A DNA stretch of 64,000 bases. Origin: Antedon mediterranea (lineage: Eukaryota > Animalia > Echinodermata). How positions within the stretch are numbered: position 1 is the stretch's first letter; each line of letters starts with the position of its first letter. The position numbers and the translations under genes are program-made. Where the stretch lies: the NCBI RefSeq assembly GCF_964355755.1, contig NC_092673.1, forward strand, positions 32,795,648 to 32,859,647. Reading direction: 5' to 3'. This document shows, piece by piece, positions 40,235 through 54,261 of the stretch. The notes under the pieces are model-generated. The model searched no databases and was not told the origin of the DNA. It was given only the letters and a program-made list of their open reading frames with translations.

Positions 40235-42060
40235 TTGTTTTACAAAATATCGTCAGATTTCATTGCCCCTGAAATATTTAAAATTTTTGAAAAAGTAATT
40301 TACAACCAATTATATTTGCATTTTCAAATAAATAAATTATTTTACAGCAGCCAATATGGTTTTCGGACAAGTCATTCAACGGAATTAGCTGCACTTGAGC
40401 TTGTAGATAAAGTTATTCAAGACATGGACAATTATGAAATACCAATTAACATATATTTGGACCTATCAAAAACGTTTGATACTCTGCATCTTAATGTTGC
40501 ACAAATTGAATCACTATGGCCTTCATTTTACTTCACTTAAAGTCCCATTCCCTACGTTTTTTAGATCTAATCTAAGTAGGCCTACTAAAGTATTTAAGTA
40601 AATTAATTTAAGTAAATAAATAATATTTGGTCCTATTGAGATAACTTTTTTCGTCTTAAAACGGTCAAAAATGTGAAAATAAGTCGATTCAAATAATGTT
40701 AACGGCCCGCTATAAATCCCATGCATTGCGCGCGGATTGATATTTTTGGTTTTATCCTGTAATTTACCCACTTTTGATCGATCGTGAGGCCAAAACAAAT
40801 GGAAATTTCAGAGAAAATACCGGGTTTATGTCAACGGAATCTGACAAAAACAGAAGTAAGACAATTAATGCAGCAACTATACAACGTCAGGCTAGGCCTA
40901 TAGCTAGCGTACGATGTTCGTACGCTACCGATGTTTACCATGTACCAGCTAGGCTGGCTAGGACCGTCCACGAGAGAACATTTACCGCGAGCTACTTTTT
41001 TTTATATTTTTTATTGAACACTTTCATAGGCCTATTTAAATTTAAAAATAGCTTAAAATAATAACACTTTCTTATTAATAGTAGTACACAATATACATTT
41101 CTCTTAAGAACAAAATATAAATAATTTCATAATGTAATAAATATAAATCTACTTTTTCTTTTCTCTTAAAAACAAAGTCTATAAATAATTTGTTGTCAAT
41201 TTTTTTCTTTTTAAGCATATTTCCACTAAAAATTATTTAATTAAACATAAAACTTTCTTATTCAAATAAATAGTTATTACTTACGCAGATGATAAAAGTT
41301 CTATAAATAATTCAAGATTAAAAAAACATTATATAAAAAACAGTGCTTTTATTGAACACTTTCATATTTCAATTTAAAAAATAGCTTAAAATAATAACAC
41401 TTTTTAAATAATAATAATATATAATATACATTTCTCTTAAGAACAAACTATAAATAATTTCATGATGTAATAAATATAAATCTACTTTTTCTTTTTTCTT
41501 AAAAACAAAGTCTATAAATAATTTGTTGTCAATTTTTTCTTTTATAGCATATTTCAACTAAATAATTTAATTAAACATAAAACTTTCTTATTCAAATAAA
41601 TAGTTATAACTTACTAAATAAACAGATACCGCGAGCTACTTAGGTAGTGCATTGTTCCTTTCGTTTTATCATAATTTACCATAAAACGTACATTTAAGAC
41701 AAGGAATGGACCTGGTTTAATGTTTTTAAAGTAAAATATATATATATATGCATTATTTTTACAAAACGTCACAAACTGTAGGGAAGGGGTCTTTAATCTT
41801 ATGAAAGATTATTTAACTAATCGTAAACAATATGTGGACATTAATAATAATGGAACTCAATCTGGTACTTTACAAATAACTAGGTGTTCCACAAGGATCA
41901 GTACTGGGTCTGCTTTTGTTTATCATATACATATACATGCAGAAGATACCACACGTTTAAGCACCATGATCAGAACATGTAATCCAACCAGGAATCCAAC
42001 GAACAACACTCTCAACATTGAACTTAATAAAGTTAGTGAATGGCTAAAGTGTCTACATAT
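40235..42060 (+). mobile_element. Degenerate CR1/L2-group LINE RT fragment split by a MITE
   Basis: QYGFR..HSTELA, YLDLSK.FDT, YLTNRKQYV and a frameshifted GVPQGS.LG. The reading continues across the TTAA site. Confidence 0.85.
40541..41792. mobile_element. Kolobok-like non-autonomous element with TTAA TSD
   Basis: TTAA|AGTCCCATTCCCTAC ... GTAGGGAAGGGGTCT|TTAA. It interrupts the LINE fragment cleanly. Confidence 0.85.
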
Positions 42061-42799
42061 TTGAAAAATAATTATATCTATATTATATTCAAAACTAGGC
42101 CTAACTGAATCCTGCTACAAGAATATATACGCGGTTTTATCTTTCATTGCCATGATGTTTTGTTTATGTGTTTTGGTTATACTCTTACAGTACATGCAAT
42201 AAAAAACTAATATTTGTTAATGTGATGTACGATAACATTAACCCATCACATTTATACATTTATCATAAAAGAATATTCGAATATAGTAATTTACTAGCTG
42301 CTATGATGATATACCAGAGGTAAAGTAAAACATCGATGTCTATTCTAATTTTACTTGTGTTGCTATTGGTTTCAACTTTTCAATCCTGTGACATACAATA
42401 AGTATAAAGTACTTACCGTGTGTAATAGTCTTGTAAAACTTCAAAATGTCCAGTTCTTTTGTGAGAAAGTTGTGAATTTTGACCGCCAAGCCATCGAACC
42501 AGGCTAGGTGTGCATTCAAGGCGTGTTGTGTCTCTCGTTGCGATCGACAGCCTAAAGGATAATTTGAGTTGATGGCGTTTAAGCTGATTAGCTTACAAAT
42601 TACAGCGTTATCATCCTCGGTAAACAAGTTGCTGATTGTATGTTTGTATACAGTTGGTAGAGTTAAAAATATATCAAAGCGTGATCCGCAATGTTTGCTT
42701 CTATTCTATTGTAACTGATAAAAACCAGGGCAACAAACTTTGTAAAGAGATTTATTTGCTGTTTATGTTCAAAGTATAATAAATAATTTTGCTGTAATT

Positions 42800-43960
42800 T
42801 TGCTTAAAATCGTTGTAATTATTTGCGCTGATTATATTTACAGATGGACTTTATATGTCAATTCGTCATAGAGAAATACAGTACAGCTAATTTTGTACAC
42901 GTACAAATATACGTCATTAAAATAAAGTAAACTAAACTAATGTGGGATTAGTTATTCGCCTCATTTTCATATTACAGTGAACAAATTACAGTATTTTAAG
43001 TCGCCTCAATTCACCTCAATGTTTCGTCTTTGTCTTTACATAACCAGGGAGTGTGAAAATAAATTGTAATTTCCGTGACATATAACGTGAAGGTGATTAG
43101 AGGAACAAACAAGCCACGATGGAGGAAGCTTGATTTTAGTTTTCATGAAATTAAGGTAGCTATGTTATCTACGCTGTATTAGTCCGATTCAAATGATAAG
43201 AATTGTTATATTAAAGTATTTTTTATTGTAAATAAGCATGCTATAAGTAAAAAAAAACCTAGCAGGAAATATAGAAAGTTTAATTAAAAACCACGATTAC
43301 AAAACAATATTAAGGGTTGGAAAAATTGTTCTAGATTGAACGTAACATATGAAGAAGTTAAAAAAACACAACAAAATCTTGATTATTTTTTTTTATTCAA
43401 TCTGATGATTTTCTACGTCATTTTGGTTAATTTTCCTTAACTTTCTAAACTATCTTTATTAAATTTTCAAAATAAGGCCGATCTTCTACCATCCCACATT
43501 TATTTTGTCTTCATTAAGTGTTCTCTTTATCAGCATGCCAAGTTTAACTGTGTTTACATGAATAGATACAGATATTGGACATTTAGGAATTGATTTCAGT
43601 GGATGAAATCGCGGGTGATTATTTCCTTGTTCATGTTGTCGTTGCTGTCATCATCCTCAGCATGTTGTCGCGGCTATATTTATCGTCATGCAAGTTTAAA
43701 CTGTTACTTATGTTTAACATAGTCATTAATTTGTTGTCGTCATTGTAAAACATTAAATTAATCATTTCACATTTAAACCTATTTAAATCTAATAGTTAAT
43801 TATCTCCGTGTTATTTAGCTTTGAATCAACCAATGCAATCAACAAGTTTGATCTAATCAATGAAATCCACTGCAATAACATGACAAATTAATAAAAACAC
43901 AGAACGTTATTCTAAGTCTAAACGCACAATTTATTTTTTGCAAACCAACTCAACAAAAAA
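42800..43960. repeat. Duplicated VLIG downstream flank, including a putative poly(A) signal at 43930-43935 (-)
   Basis: Colinear similarity to 27860-29385. Confidence 0.8.
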
Positions 43961-43970
43961 TATATTACTT

Positions 43971-44283
43971 ATATTATTAGTAATATTAATGTCGAACATT
44001 TATACATATTATATGATTTAACACTACACTATAATACAGGCGATTTAATAAATGTCTGTAACATTATTCGATCGCAGTTATAATCATTTATAATTCTAGG
44101 GGAAAAGTTTTAAAAGATTTTTAAACATAAAATATATTATTAGTAACATTAATTTCGAACATTTATGCATATTATATGTTTTAACACTACACTATTATAC
44201 AGGCAATTTAATAAATGTCTGTAACATTATTCGATCGCAGTTATGGCAACTAATATTCATAATTCATAATTCTAGGGGAAAAA
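43971..44283. repeat. ~165-bp tandem duplication in the putative 3' UTR of VLIG copy 3
   Basis: TATTATTAGTAA.ATTAAT.TCGAACATTTAT...CGATCGCAGTTAT...TTCTAGGGGAAAA occurs twice. Confidence 0.85.
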
Positions 44284-45258
44284 GTTTAAAACATCACTAA
44301 TTACAGACTGACTTTCCAATCTTTCTAATCCATTTGCATTAATATTTGCAAACAATGTCCAACTACAGTTAAATTAAGTTATTGATTTAGAATTTTTTTC
44401 CAAAATGTAAATGACATTCGTAAAATAACATTCATAAGTTGTGGTTGTACTCATATTTTAAGAGTTGCAAAGTTAATTGGGTTTTATTAAAGTTCGGGAT
44501 TACAATGCAGTCATAAAATACTGAATTCTAGTGTAAAGAATTCCAAATTCCACTATTGCTATTGTATTGTAACCTTACATATTGATTTATGAAATTAATA
44601 AATAATCTGTATAATTGTGTATAGATAAAAGTATTAGCATTATGTCAAACGTACATGCTGCAATGTAAACATGAATAAATGCAATGTTAGTACAACTACT
44701 ACAATCTTTTGTGATAGAGTCACGCGTAAATTTTTTTTTTTAATTCATTCACATTTATATACTGTACACATTTTTAAAAAGTATTATGAAGCATAATTTC
44801 CACTCAAGGTGTAAATCCAAAGAAAAATTACTGATCAAAACGATAAAAATAAAACAGCCAGAAAAATTAGCATCAGTGCAAATCAAAGTATAGATATATA
44901 ATATATAACAATAATAATGTTCTCCTTCTTCTTGCTAGCTACATGTCTAGCTCCCTATACTCTTTCTCCTTGTCATCCTTTCTATGAGAACTTTGTGATT
45001 ATGATAATGCTGCTCTTTCATTTGCATCATAATACAATTCAAAATGTGTGTACGCATAAAATGCACAAGACCGTAGGCAGCATGAGGCAGACGAGGACAT
45101 TTTCACCACCAACCCCAATTTTCCAGCACCGATCGTCATATTTTGTATTAATAATTATATATTATAAAAGCACTAACTCTCGCTACGGCATTGATACATC
45201 ACAGTTCCAACTTCACGTGACAAATTTGCGTTTACCAATCTGTCCTAAATTTGATTGT

Positions 45259-48200
45259 TTAAATGTCGTACAATGTTTTCATATCTTCCGTCGCTTCTTC
45301 AATTGTAATATCATTCCATCCGTCTGGAATATCAGCCTCAGTACAACTGTAGTATTTAGCAAGTTGAGTATTGTATTTTGCCATAAACCATTTCCAGAAC
45401 ATCTCTGACTCGCCTGCTAGTGGTTCAATTTTCCATGATGCGTAGCGCTCATTCACAGACCTATAGTTTCTGTAATTAATGTATTCATCATTCGTATGTT
45501 GATTCCTAAACCTATAATCAGACATTACCGCAGTTGTACATAAATCTGGGTTGAGTCTGTTAGATTTCTTCCACCTGTATCCGGCAACACCTTTTGGTCT
45601 GTGGCAGTCTGTACGATGGTGATCATGTGGACCATTAAGATCGCATAGTGCTCTACAAAATGGACAAACCTCTTGACAAGCTAGTAAATCAACTGTAAAA
45701 AAGTCACAACAGGATGTGCTTATTTCATTGAAAAGTAGTATACTATCATAATCTTTAGTTATAGTATCTTCGACGCCGTTTAGTTCCAATAATAATTTAT
45801 CGCTAAGCTCTTCCAAATCCAGGTCTCCTTCTTCATCAAAAATCCGAATGTCTGTTTTAACACATACAGCTTTATCGATGTGTTCAAGTAAGGTTGACCA
45901 CCATGATCTCAGTGTGTGAGCATCTTCATTACGTAAACTAGTGATAGCTTGCTTTAATCCAGTTACTATTTCATGAACTTTACAACTGTATATATCTTGT
46001 AGTACAGAAATACCGAATGTGCCATCCTTCTGCAAACACATATTCTCTATTTGTTCAGAAGTGAACGTTTTGATGCACTGTATTGGATTAGACAAATACT
46101 GCACAAAAGAGTTGAAATTGCCCTTATCTGCTATTTCGATCAACATCCATGCATGGAGAGACATCTTACTAGAAAATCCCTTACTTGAAGAGTATCTTAG
46201 ATGGTCAATTACTCCAAGTTTGCATTTCTCTGGAAGCGATGTCTTAATAGCACTTGTAAGCTCTTGAGTTATAGCCAATACCAGTTTCACAATTATGTGG
46301 AGGTCTTTACATTCTACTCTGAACATTGACCATAATCTTTCCTTTTGAGACTCCATGTACAATCTCGGGTCACTTTCCCGTTTGTATTGTTCTTGCATTC
46401 TTTTTAAGCTGGGTAATAATGTAACCTTGAAATTACACACAGCTAGTCGGATGTTTCCTTTTTCCTTAACTTTAACCTTTTCATCCATTTTTATCTCTCC
46501 AATTTCACATGATAGTGTGCTAAAAAGCTGAAATCCTAGTTGTTTCGTATAACCTCCTCCATTCTGTGCATGATTTGAGATTTGAGTTTGCAGTGTTTCT
46601 AGAATTTGCTGTTTAGTGCAATTAGCCTGATTCACATATGTTACCTTACTTGTGTAACCAATCCAATGAGCAATTCTTCCAGCCACAGTGCCAAAATACA
46701 AATCTCTTTCAACAACTTCAGTTTGAGAAAAGTCAGATTGCAATGCACGGGTAACTTCTGATTTATGGTTTTCTAAGTAATACTCTTCGGTGATTCTTTG
46801 AAAAGACCTTTGTATATCTACAGGATCATCAAGTCTTGGTATTGCAGAAACCCACGCCTTCCAGTTTTTAGCAAACTCACTTTCAAGATCTTCATCAGAG
46901 AGTTGTTGATTTCGATACACATCGGCTAGTTTGTTAGCTTTTCGATAGATATCTTGTTCTTGCATTTAAATGTTGGCATCAATTTCAGCTCTTCGAATTA
47001 TTTTGTTTCTAATAGATGTAAATAGATCCATTAGTTCCTTTTTAACTTTCTTACACAGATCTTCGAGTTGTAATTCCATTTTACTTTTCCATTGACATGC
47101 CTTTGTTTCTTCTTCAAAATAAGATGCCATGTTTGATTGAAAACTGCCAATGTCTCCCTCTAATTTATGTAAGAACGTGTCGAGGATTGCTTCCCCATCT
47201 TCTGTCATCTTTTCAGCTGTTAATTTCTTACATTCAATTTGAAGTCCGTGGCTGTATTGTAGTGCATTTCTTCTGAATGTACGGGCATGTTTCACATATT
47301 CTGCATTTAAAGCATTAAATGCTTGGATCTCGAGGGAATTTTTGAAACTGAATACAAAATCTTGACATAATATTGCTTTCCAAAGATCAGATAGCAGTGT
47401 TGTGAACTCATCTACACTTTTGGGTTTTACATTCTTAAGGAATTCTAGGACTTGTTTCTTTACCTGAAGAATGCATTTGCTGTAACCAGGATTGGGAGCG
47501 GCCATCGGCGGATCTCCTTGCCAAAGGCTAGATATGTACATCACATGTTCGTTTTCTTGAAAATGAATTACATCAGAGAACGATTTGTATTTTTCACTGC
47601 AATTCTCTGCATCTGCTGCAATTTTTGTGATTTTATCCAACATTTCTCGCATACTTCTTTTTTGTGTCGTATTCAAATCAGATGCTGTGACATCAGTGAC
47701 GTTTTGGTGTACAAATAAACAGCTTGGGTGGATATTAACATTATCCATTTTCATAAAAGCATGTACCGCAATTTGAAATGTGTCTTGCATGTCTGTTGGA
47801 TTTTCTCCCATAATGTTTATTATGGTGAGATCACCTAAACCAATTACAAGTGTGGCTAGTTCATTGTCACGGTAGTTGGCCTGTTCGATGCTGCCGATTT
47901 CAGGAGACCGCAAACCTTCAGTGTCAACTACAAGAATATAGTCACATTGTGTGTCTTCTTTTAAACTTGTATCTAACGATACTAGCTGGGCGAATATACC
48001 TTTAGTACATCTGCCGGCACTAACGGCAAATTGTAAACCAAACATGACATTTAACATTGTTGATTTTCCACTACTTTGAATGCCTAGTACAGATAACACA
48101 AACATTCTTTTATTGCCAATCTGGTCCTTAAGTGAATTGAACACGGCTTCAATCCAAGTGAGGGGAACGTGGACTGCATCACCATCCATCAGTTCAATGG

Positions 48201-49967
48201 GGTATCCCTCTAGTAACATTTCAGCAGCAACTTTTGGTAACTGACTTTTTTCTTCTTGTTTTTCATTTAGATCTGATAACATTTCGTAATTCTGTCCAAT
48301 TTCTCTATTAAAATGCTCTAATCCCACAGACGTACTAGATAGCTGTTTTTCAAGTTCATCAAGTTTATCTTTCATTTTTTGAAGTGATGCTTTTGATGTA
48401 TCTGGCTTCTCTTGTTTGTGGTCACATAATTCGGTCCATTTCTGTATGTACTCTTCACGTATTGGCTGTAGCTTTTGAAAGCTATATCTATCGGTCATTA
48501 TCTTAACAAATCCAATGAAGTATTTTCTTTGAATAGGCTCGTTTTTAAATGATTCTCTAAACAACGTATATGTGCAATTACTGCTGCGCTGCCTGTGTAG
48601 TTGCAACTGTTTACGACGTAGGTCTTTTATTTCTTTCTTGACGATTTCAACGTACTTTTCAATTTGCATATTTTCCTTTCTTAATAATTGATGTTGTTCT
48701 TTTTTCATCTTTCCAATTTCCACTGTTACCAACTGTAAGGGGAGCTCCTTTTGCTTTCCTTCTTTATCTATGCGCTTAAGCAACATGTTGGCAATTGTTT
48801 TTGCTTCTGAACACTCTTTTACGATTTCGTCAACGTGACAATTTAATCTCTTTGCTACTTCCATGCACGCCTCGATACTCTTATAAACACTTTCTTGCTT
48901 ACTTTCTTTAAAGTAAGATACAAGCAAGTTCCAAATGTCTGTACTTATCCTTTGTTCGTTCATGTCTGAGTACATAAGATACTGCACTTGTTTTTTTAAG
49001 TTTCTGAATTTTTTTTTAATCCCACTTAAGGTGCTTTTTAGAACGTTTTCAGGAGTTCCGTCTAAGATAAAAATTACGTGACCCTTTTGTCTATACAATG
49101 ATTCAAGCAACGAGGCGTCTTTGTCACTAAAATTAGCGCTGGAAACAAATGCAATAGTGACCGTTGATATATCAGTTAAAAATTGTGTCTGAAGTTGGAA
49201 ATCCGATGCATTTCCTCGCAAATTTATGAACGTTAGTGCATCTGAAAAAGCATTCGTGTTTTTCTGTGAGGGAAGGTACCATGCTATTTCTAGTAAGCCA
49301 TGTGACAATTTTCGTTCTACATTGCCACCCTTGCACCCATAATTAAAGAAAATATCATGTTTCTGCCCATTAACGACATAATTAACAACCCTAGATTTAG
49401 ATATTTTAGGTCTTCCTAATCGCAAAACAGACACAATCGGTAACTTTTCTACCACCATTGATCGTTCACAAGATGAACCTGAACTTGTTTTCCATTTTTT
49501 TGTGATTGTGCTCATTCCCCACACAATCATTTCCCATTGTTTGTCTTCTACGTCCGTCACTGGCACCAGTAATGGAATAGCTAACTGACATATCGAAAAT
49601 TTTTCAATTAAAATTTGCCTTAAAAAGTTGTCACAACACAAGAAAATAGCTACCAGTGCATCAATTGGACTTATTTTACTGTTTTCGTTACTTTGATCTG
49701 ATTTTTCTTTAAGAATAGAAGAAAGTGAAAATGATTGATTTTTTTCTATGTCAAAACATCTTCCTTCATAGTTACACATAATCAGATTTTGCAGCATGTA
49801 CCAAGGTATTTGGCTTTGTTTATCACTGAGTTGTTCTGGTGAAATAACTTCTTTGGAAACTACAAATACATCTTCACAAGTTAGTTTTCTTGGATAGTTT
49901 TTCTGTAGTTTTAGATATTTAATGTGGAATGATACCTCTGTATTCCTCGGTGAAGGTATAGTTTTAT
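45259..49967 (-). CDS. GVIN1: VLIG/GVIN1 giant exon (copy 3), full length apart from one in-frame TAA at 46966-46968
   Basis: ORFs 46966-49992 and 45259-46965 abut in the same frame (DANI*MQEQ versus DANIKKQEQ in copy 1). GTPase motifs are intact. Phase-1 acceptor TTTTTCAG|ATAAA at 49967. Confidence 0.88.
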
Positions 49968-50707
49968 CTGAAAAAGCAGAACACATGTTCATAGATAATT
50001 ATTACTTCCACCAAGAAAGTTATGTTTTCACACCTATATTTTGCGTGGACATGTAACATTATTTATCCGAATATTGCCAAACTTGGCCACAGTTATCCAC
50101 CATCTAGAGGCAGTTTAGTTTTGAGGAGGCAGAGTTAAAGGTCAAGGTCACAATATTATATCATCATTGCTGTGGATAGTGACAACTATTATTAATAGAA
50201 TTATTTTTAAAAAGATCGAGTAGGTCAAAACTGGACTGAAATTTAGAACCAACGAATAGAAGGTAAATGTATACCCATTCATGTAAAACTCCTATTTGCT
50301 ATAGTTCTTAGTGCTAATTGCACTCAGACAGAATAATAATTGTAAAAAAAAAAACCAGTTTTTTTCTCTTCGGAAGGAGATTTTATGTAGTTTATAGTGT
50401 TATATCTATTTTTTAAGATTCCGCCGTGTTAAATGTAAGCTTCCAGCTCCACATAATGATGGGTTTTTGATAGAAATGATTTGACTTTTGATGGATATAG
50501 GCCTATAGAATGAAAAATCTAGATTTTTTTTTCAGCTGGGACCTATAAATTATAGTCGAGTTTCCATTTAGCAAAAACGTCAGTCTCTAATACTATAACT
50601 GCTGCTTGCTTTCAGTTAATAAATGAGTCATCTCTTGTGACGTAGCGGGCTAGAGCAGCAGCGTGAAAAATGATAACCGTGTTATGTTTACATTTAATTA
50701 GTATAAA

Positions 50708-52126
50708 CTAGATGGTCATGGCCACAGATGGTTTTCGAATACATAGTAATTTCACCTTTAAAAAATTGGCGACTTCAAATGTACATGCAATACAATAATA
50801 CATGTCGTTTACAGGAACGAATAAATAGACACATTGATTTATCTACTCAACTAAAATTAGCACCCTGGGAATTACTTCCGAAAGAGAAACTTGTCACAAA
50901 ATAAGACCAATTGTTTTGAAACAAACTGAATTTGTGTTTTGTATGCAACATGAGGGTTGAGGGTTGAGGGATAGGGAAGAAGATGGGTGCAAAGACGAAC
51001 AATTTTTAAATATATTCTTTATCCATTTAGTAACGAAATTTATACCTCCATGACTAAACACAGTAAAACATTGCTATTTAATACTTTGTTGAAACTGTCA
51101 CCATTATAGTCGATTGAAATAGTACACTAATACGACGTTTATATTTTTTGTACAGTAATTAGATTATTAATTAATATTAACGTTCAGAAGGAACTGTCAG
51201 TAATAAAGTAAACATCTCTATTCGGGGAATATCGTAAATTCGCTTTAATCGTCAATAATTAATTATCTAACTTAACTTAATTAGTAGGTCTAATGGTTTT
51301 GAATTGTTTCTTAGATTAGAGCCAATTCATATTTAAGTTGGTTTCTAACCACCAAAGTTGTTCTGCGTTTAGGGCATGTGATCCTTCATACCGTACCGTA
51401 GGCCTATCCCCTAATGGCTTTACAATGCTACTCATGCCAGTGAGTGGGAGGGTGGTGGTGTGGGTGGTGGTTTAACTGCAATAATAAAGATGATTGTACA
51501 TAATAGACGGCGACTGGAAAGGCTAGCTCATTATCCGTTAAAAAAAATACCTATATCCAACCTCTGGAGCACAGATTGGATAAAATGGATCGAATTTCGT
51601 TTATGACTGTACAGTACTTGTCTTTACGACGCCTGAGGGAATAGACACTTGTGGAACAGAGATTGGAATGTTCCATTCATCGCAGATCAAAACAGTTGTA
51701 TAAATGTATATTAAATCTGTCAAAATAGTATTTTTTTAAAGACAATCGGCCTGTCTTCAACATTATGATGCTATACTTGAGCTGTTCAACCGGTTTTCAG
51801 CTATTAAAAACAATTATCGTAGGAGGAGATAGGAAAATGCGAAGCATCCTCGTATTATTGTGTGCAGGTATTTTTTAAGAGGACATATATTAGACAGTGT
51901 ATACTACGGTCGGAAAACACCCCTATTTGGGGCAAATCGTTGAACCTAAATTCGTTTTAATTGTCAATAACTAATTATCTAACTCAATTTAATTAGTAAA
52001 CAGGCTTACATCTGGTGGTTTAAATCAGTACCGTGATTCTAACCAACTTTACATACCATCGAGTAAACATTCTAGAAAAAACGCGCGATTTACCGAATTT
52101 TGCCCTTACGTAAATTTATATATAGA
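50708..52126 (-). mobile_element. Non-autonomous Helitron, second copy (uninterrupted, 3' hairpin deleted)
   Basis: A|TCTATATATAAAT 5' end and CTAG|T 3' end. It is colinear with 8617-9352 plus 12779-13488. Confidence 0.85.
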
Positions 52127-52464
52127 TATAAACAATCCTATTTTTATAACAACGGTAATTTTGAAAAGCACATCCTTTCCTCACTTGTAATAAAATAAAT
52201 GAAAGATATATTAGCATAATGAATACTTTACATCGTCTAAAAATATCCAGACGGTAAAATGAAATACAGTAGGCCTACCGTGACCTGATATAAAAACGAT
52301 CACGAAACGTATAATGATCATGGAAATGTATTTAGTGCGCCAAATACAAAATCGCGAGATGCAATAAAACCCAATCGATTTAAAAAACACGACCGGTATA
52401 ATAATGGATCGAAATAGCAGAGCTAGTGGCGCGAGCCATAACAAATTTTAAAATAATTCTTATT

Positions 52465-52605
52465 TGTTGGGCCCGACCGTCTGTGGTCCCGGTTGTCTTA
52501 CCACCTTGTTGGCCCGATCGTCTCACACTTTGAGCCCGATCGTCCCACGCTTTGGGCCCGATCGTCTGGAACTGATCGTCCGTAGTCCCGAACGTCTGTT
52601 CCCCC
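52465..52605. repeat. Array of CCCGATCGTC-like repeats, probably a DNA-transposon terminus
   Basis: About seven spaced copies of CCCGA(T/C)CGTC. No partner end was found. Confidence 0.5.
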
Positions 52606-53394
52606 TCGGGAAGCACAGTTTTACCACAGGTGTATTCAAAGATTCGCCGCCCGGAAGAATACATTTATTTTTGGTTACGCACTTTTCAGACACTGCAAAA
52701 TCTATTCCTCTTAGATATTGTATAATATTTCTGAAATTACATACAATAGGTACGTCATGCGTGTCATAGAAGTCTTACTTTCTGTTTCCTTTCAATAATG
52801 TAGGCCTAATGATTTTGTTATTGAAAAGTGAGGGGGACATCCGCCACTAACAAAACATGTGGGTGGAAGGAGCCCTCTCTCATCCAGGATAATAATAATC
52901 ATATAATCAATATAATAATACTGATAATGATTATTTGATCAAGTGTATTTCTGGTTATTTTTTCTGTTTTTTATAATGTTTTATTTTATGTTTGGCCGAT
53001 TTATATAACACGAACAAAATAATCTTCTTTTGGGCTTCATTAGAGTTCTCTTTAAAAAAAAAACGAAAATAAATGTTTAGATATTTTTATTATACAGGTC
53101 AATCTTGGCAATGATAATGATAATAATAAATTTGTTCAGTATGTTCGGAACCGTTTGATTTAACAGCAGGAACAGTCTGAGAGATAAGTCGACTTATTTT
53201 TCATCAATATTAATATGATTTTTGTGTGAAATATACTTTGGTACAAGTGATTTTTGTGATGCACTTTCGAGTCAGAGGTCAATGAACTATTTTTTCACGC
53301 AATTTTACAAATATCTTTATTTTAAGGCACAGTGTTTGATGACGTGTTACTCGTAGCTCTTCTTCTATTGGTACTCTTTTTGATATTCGTCGCT

Positions 53395-53677
53395 GCAGAA
53401 CTGAATCTTCTTTTCAATCATATATCCCACGTGTTACCAGAATTTGGAATAACTTACCCAGTGAAATCCGCAACTTAAATCCAAAACTATGGAAAACTCT
53501 ACCCCTCGAAATACGCTCATCAAAATATGTTATCACATTTAAAACTAAACTCAAAACTCATCTCTTCAGAGAAGCATAATCACACGCTACTACTTGCACA
53601 GATCTTGGAAAACACAGCGTTTTGAAACCTTTGTCTCTTGCGCTTTATAAATGTTATTTATTATTATTATTATTATA
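53395..53677 (+). mobile_element. LINE 3'-end fragments (L2-like)
   Basis: WN.LP.EIR and FKTKLKTHLF coding remnants, followed by GCGCTTTATAAAT and an (ATT)n tail. Confidence 0.7.
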
Positions 53678-54188
53678 GGTGAAGAATTGTTTGGCTAGTG
53701 AGTATGTTTGTCGGCGGCTGGAAAATTAAAAATGTTGTTTATTGGAATGAATGAAAAAAAGAACCATAATTCAAAGTGTCAGGTCAAAAAGTTGAGCAGC
53801 GTTGTTTGTAAGAAATATTTCTGGTTTTTGTTAGTCCACTAGTTGGCGTTTTGATTTTTTTCTGAACCGAGCTGAAGTATTATAAGTATTATATACCATA
53901 TGCGGCAAAAATGTTATCTTTCTATCTTTTTACTAATAATATTACTGTACTTTGAATCAGTCTAAAACATAGACTATCTAGATACTTACATCAACTACTT
54001 TAAGCATAGGATTACATAAGAAATAAAAAACGTTATTTTAGATGGACAACATTCAGCTTTGTAGTTCCATGATAATTAAAACTAAATTAAACAGTTAACA
54101 ACAGCATTATTAATATGTTATGAAATATTTACATATAAACAAATACAAAAATGATTAAAACTAAAATACAATTATTGTATTTACTAAC

Positions 54189-54261
54189 TTGCTTCTGTTA
54201 ATGTTTCTTCCACATTTACAGCATCATTTTCAAAACCAGGTAAAAGTTCGTCATCTGGCAT
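54189..54261 (-). CDS. 73-nt acidic linker exon (MPDDELLPGFENDAVNVEETLTEA), phase 0 to phase 1
   Basis: Acceptor TGTTTATAG| and donor A|GTTAGT. It bridges the phase-0 kinase donor and the phase-1 VLIG3 acceptor exactly. Confidence 0.72.

Noticed and set aside
49995-50160. Possible DINE/Helentron-like remnant beside the VLIG3 acceptor, with similar AAGGTCA-rich patches at ~22240 and ~24050-24350
   Set aside because: It is too degenerate to define termini.
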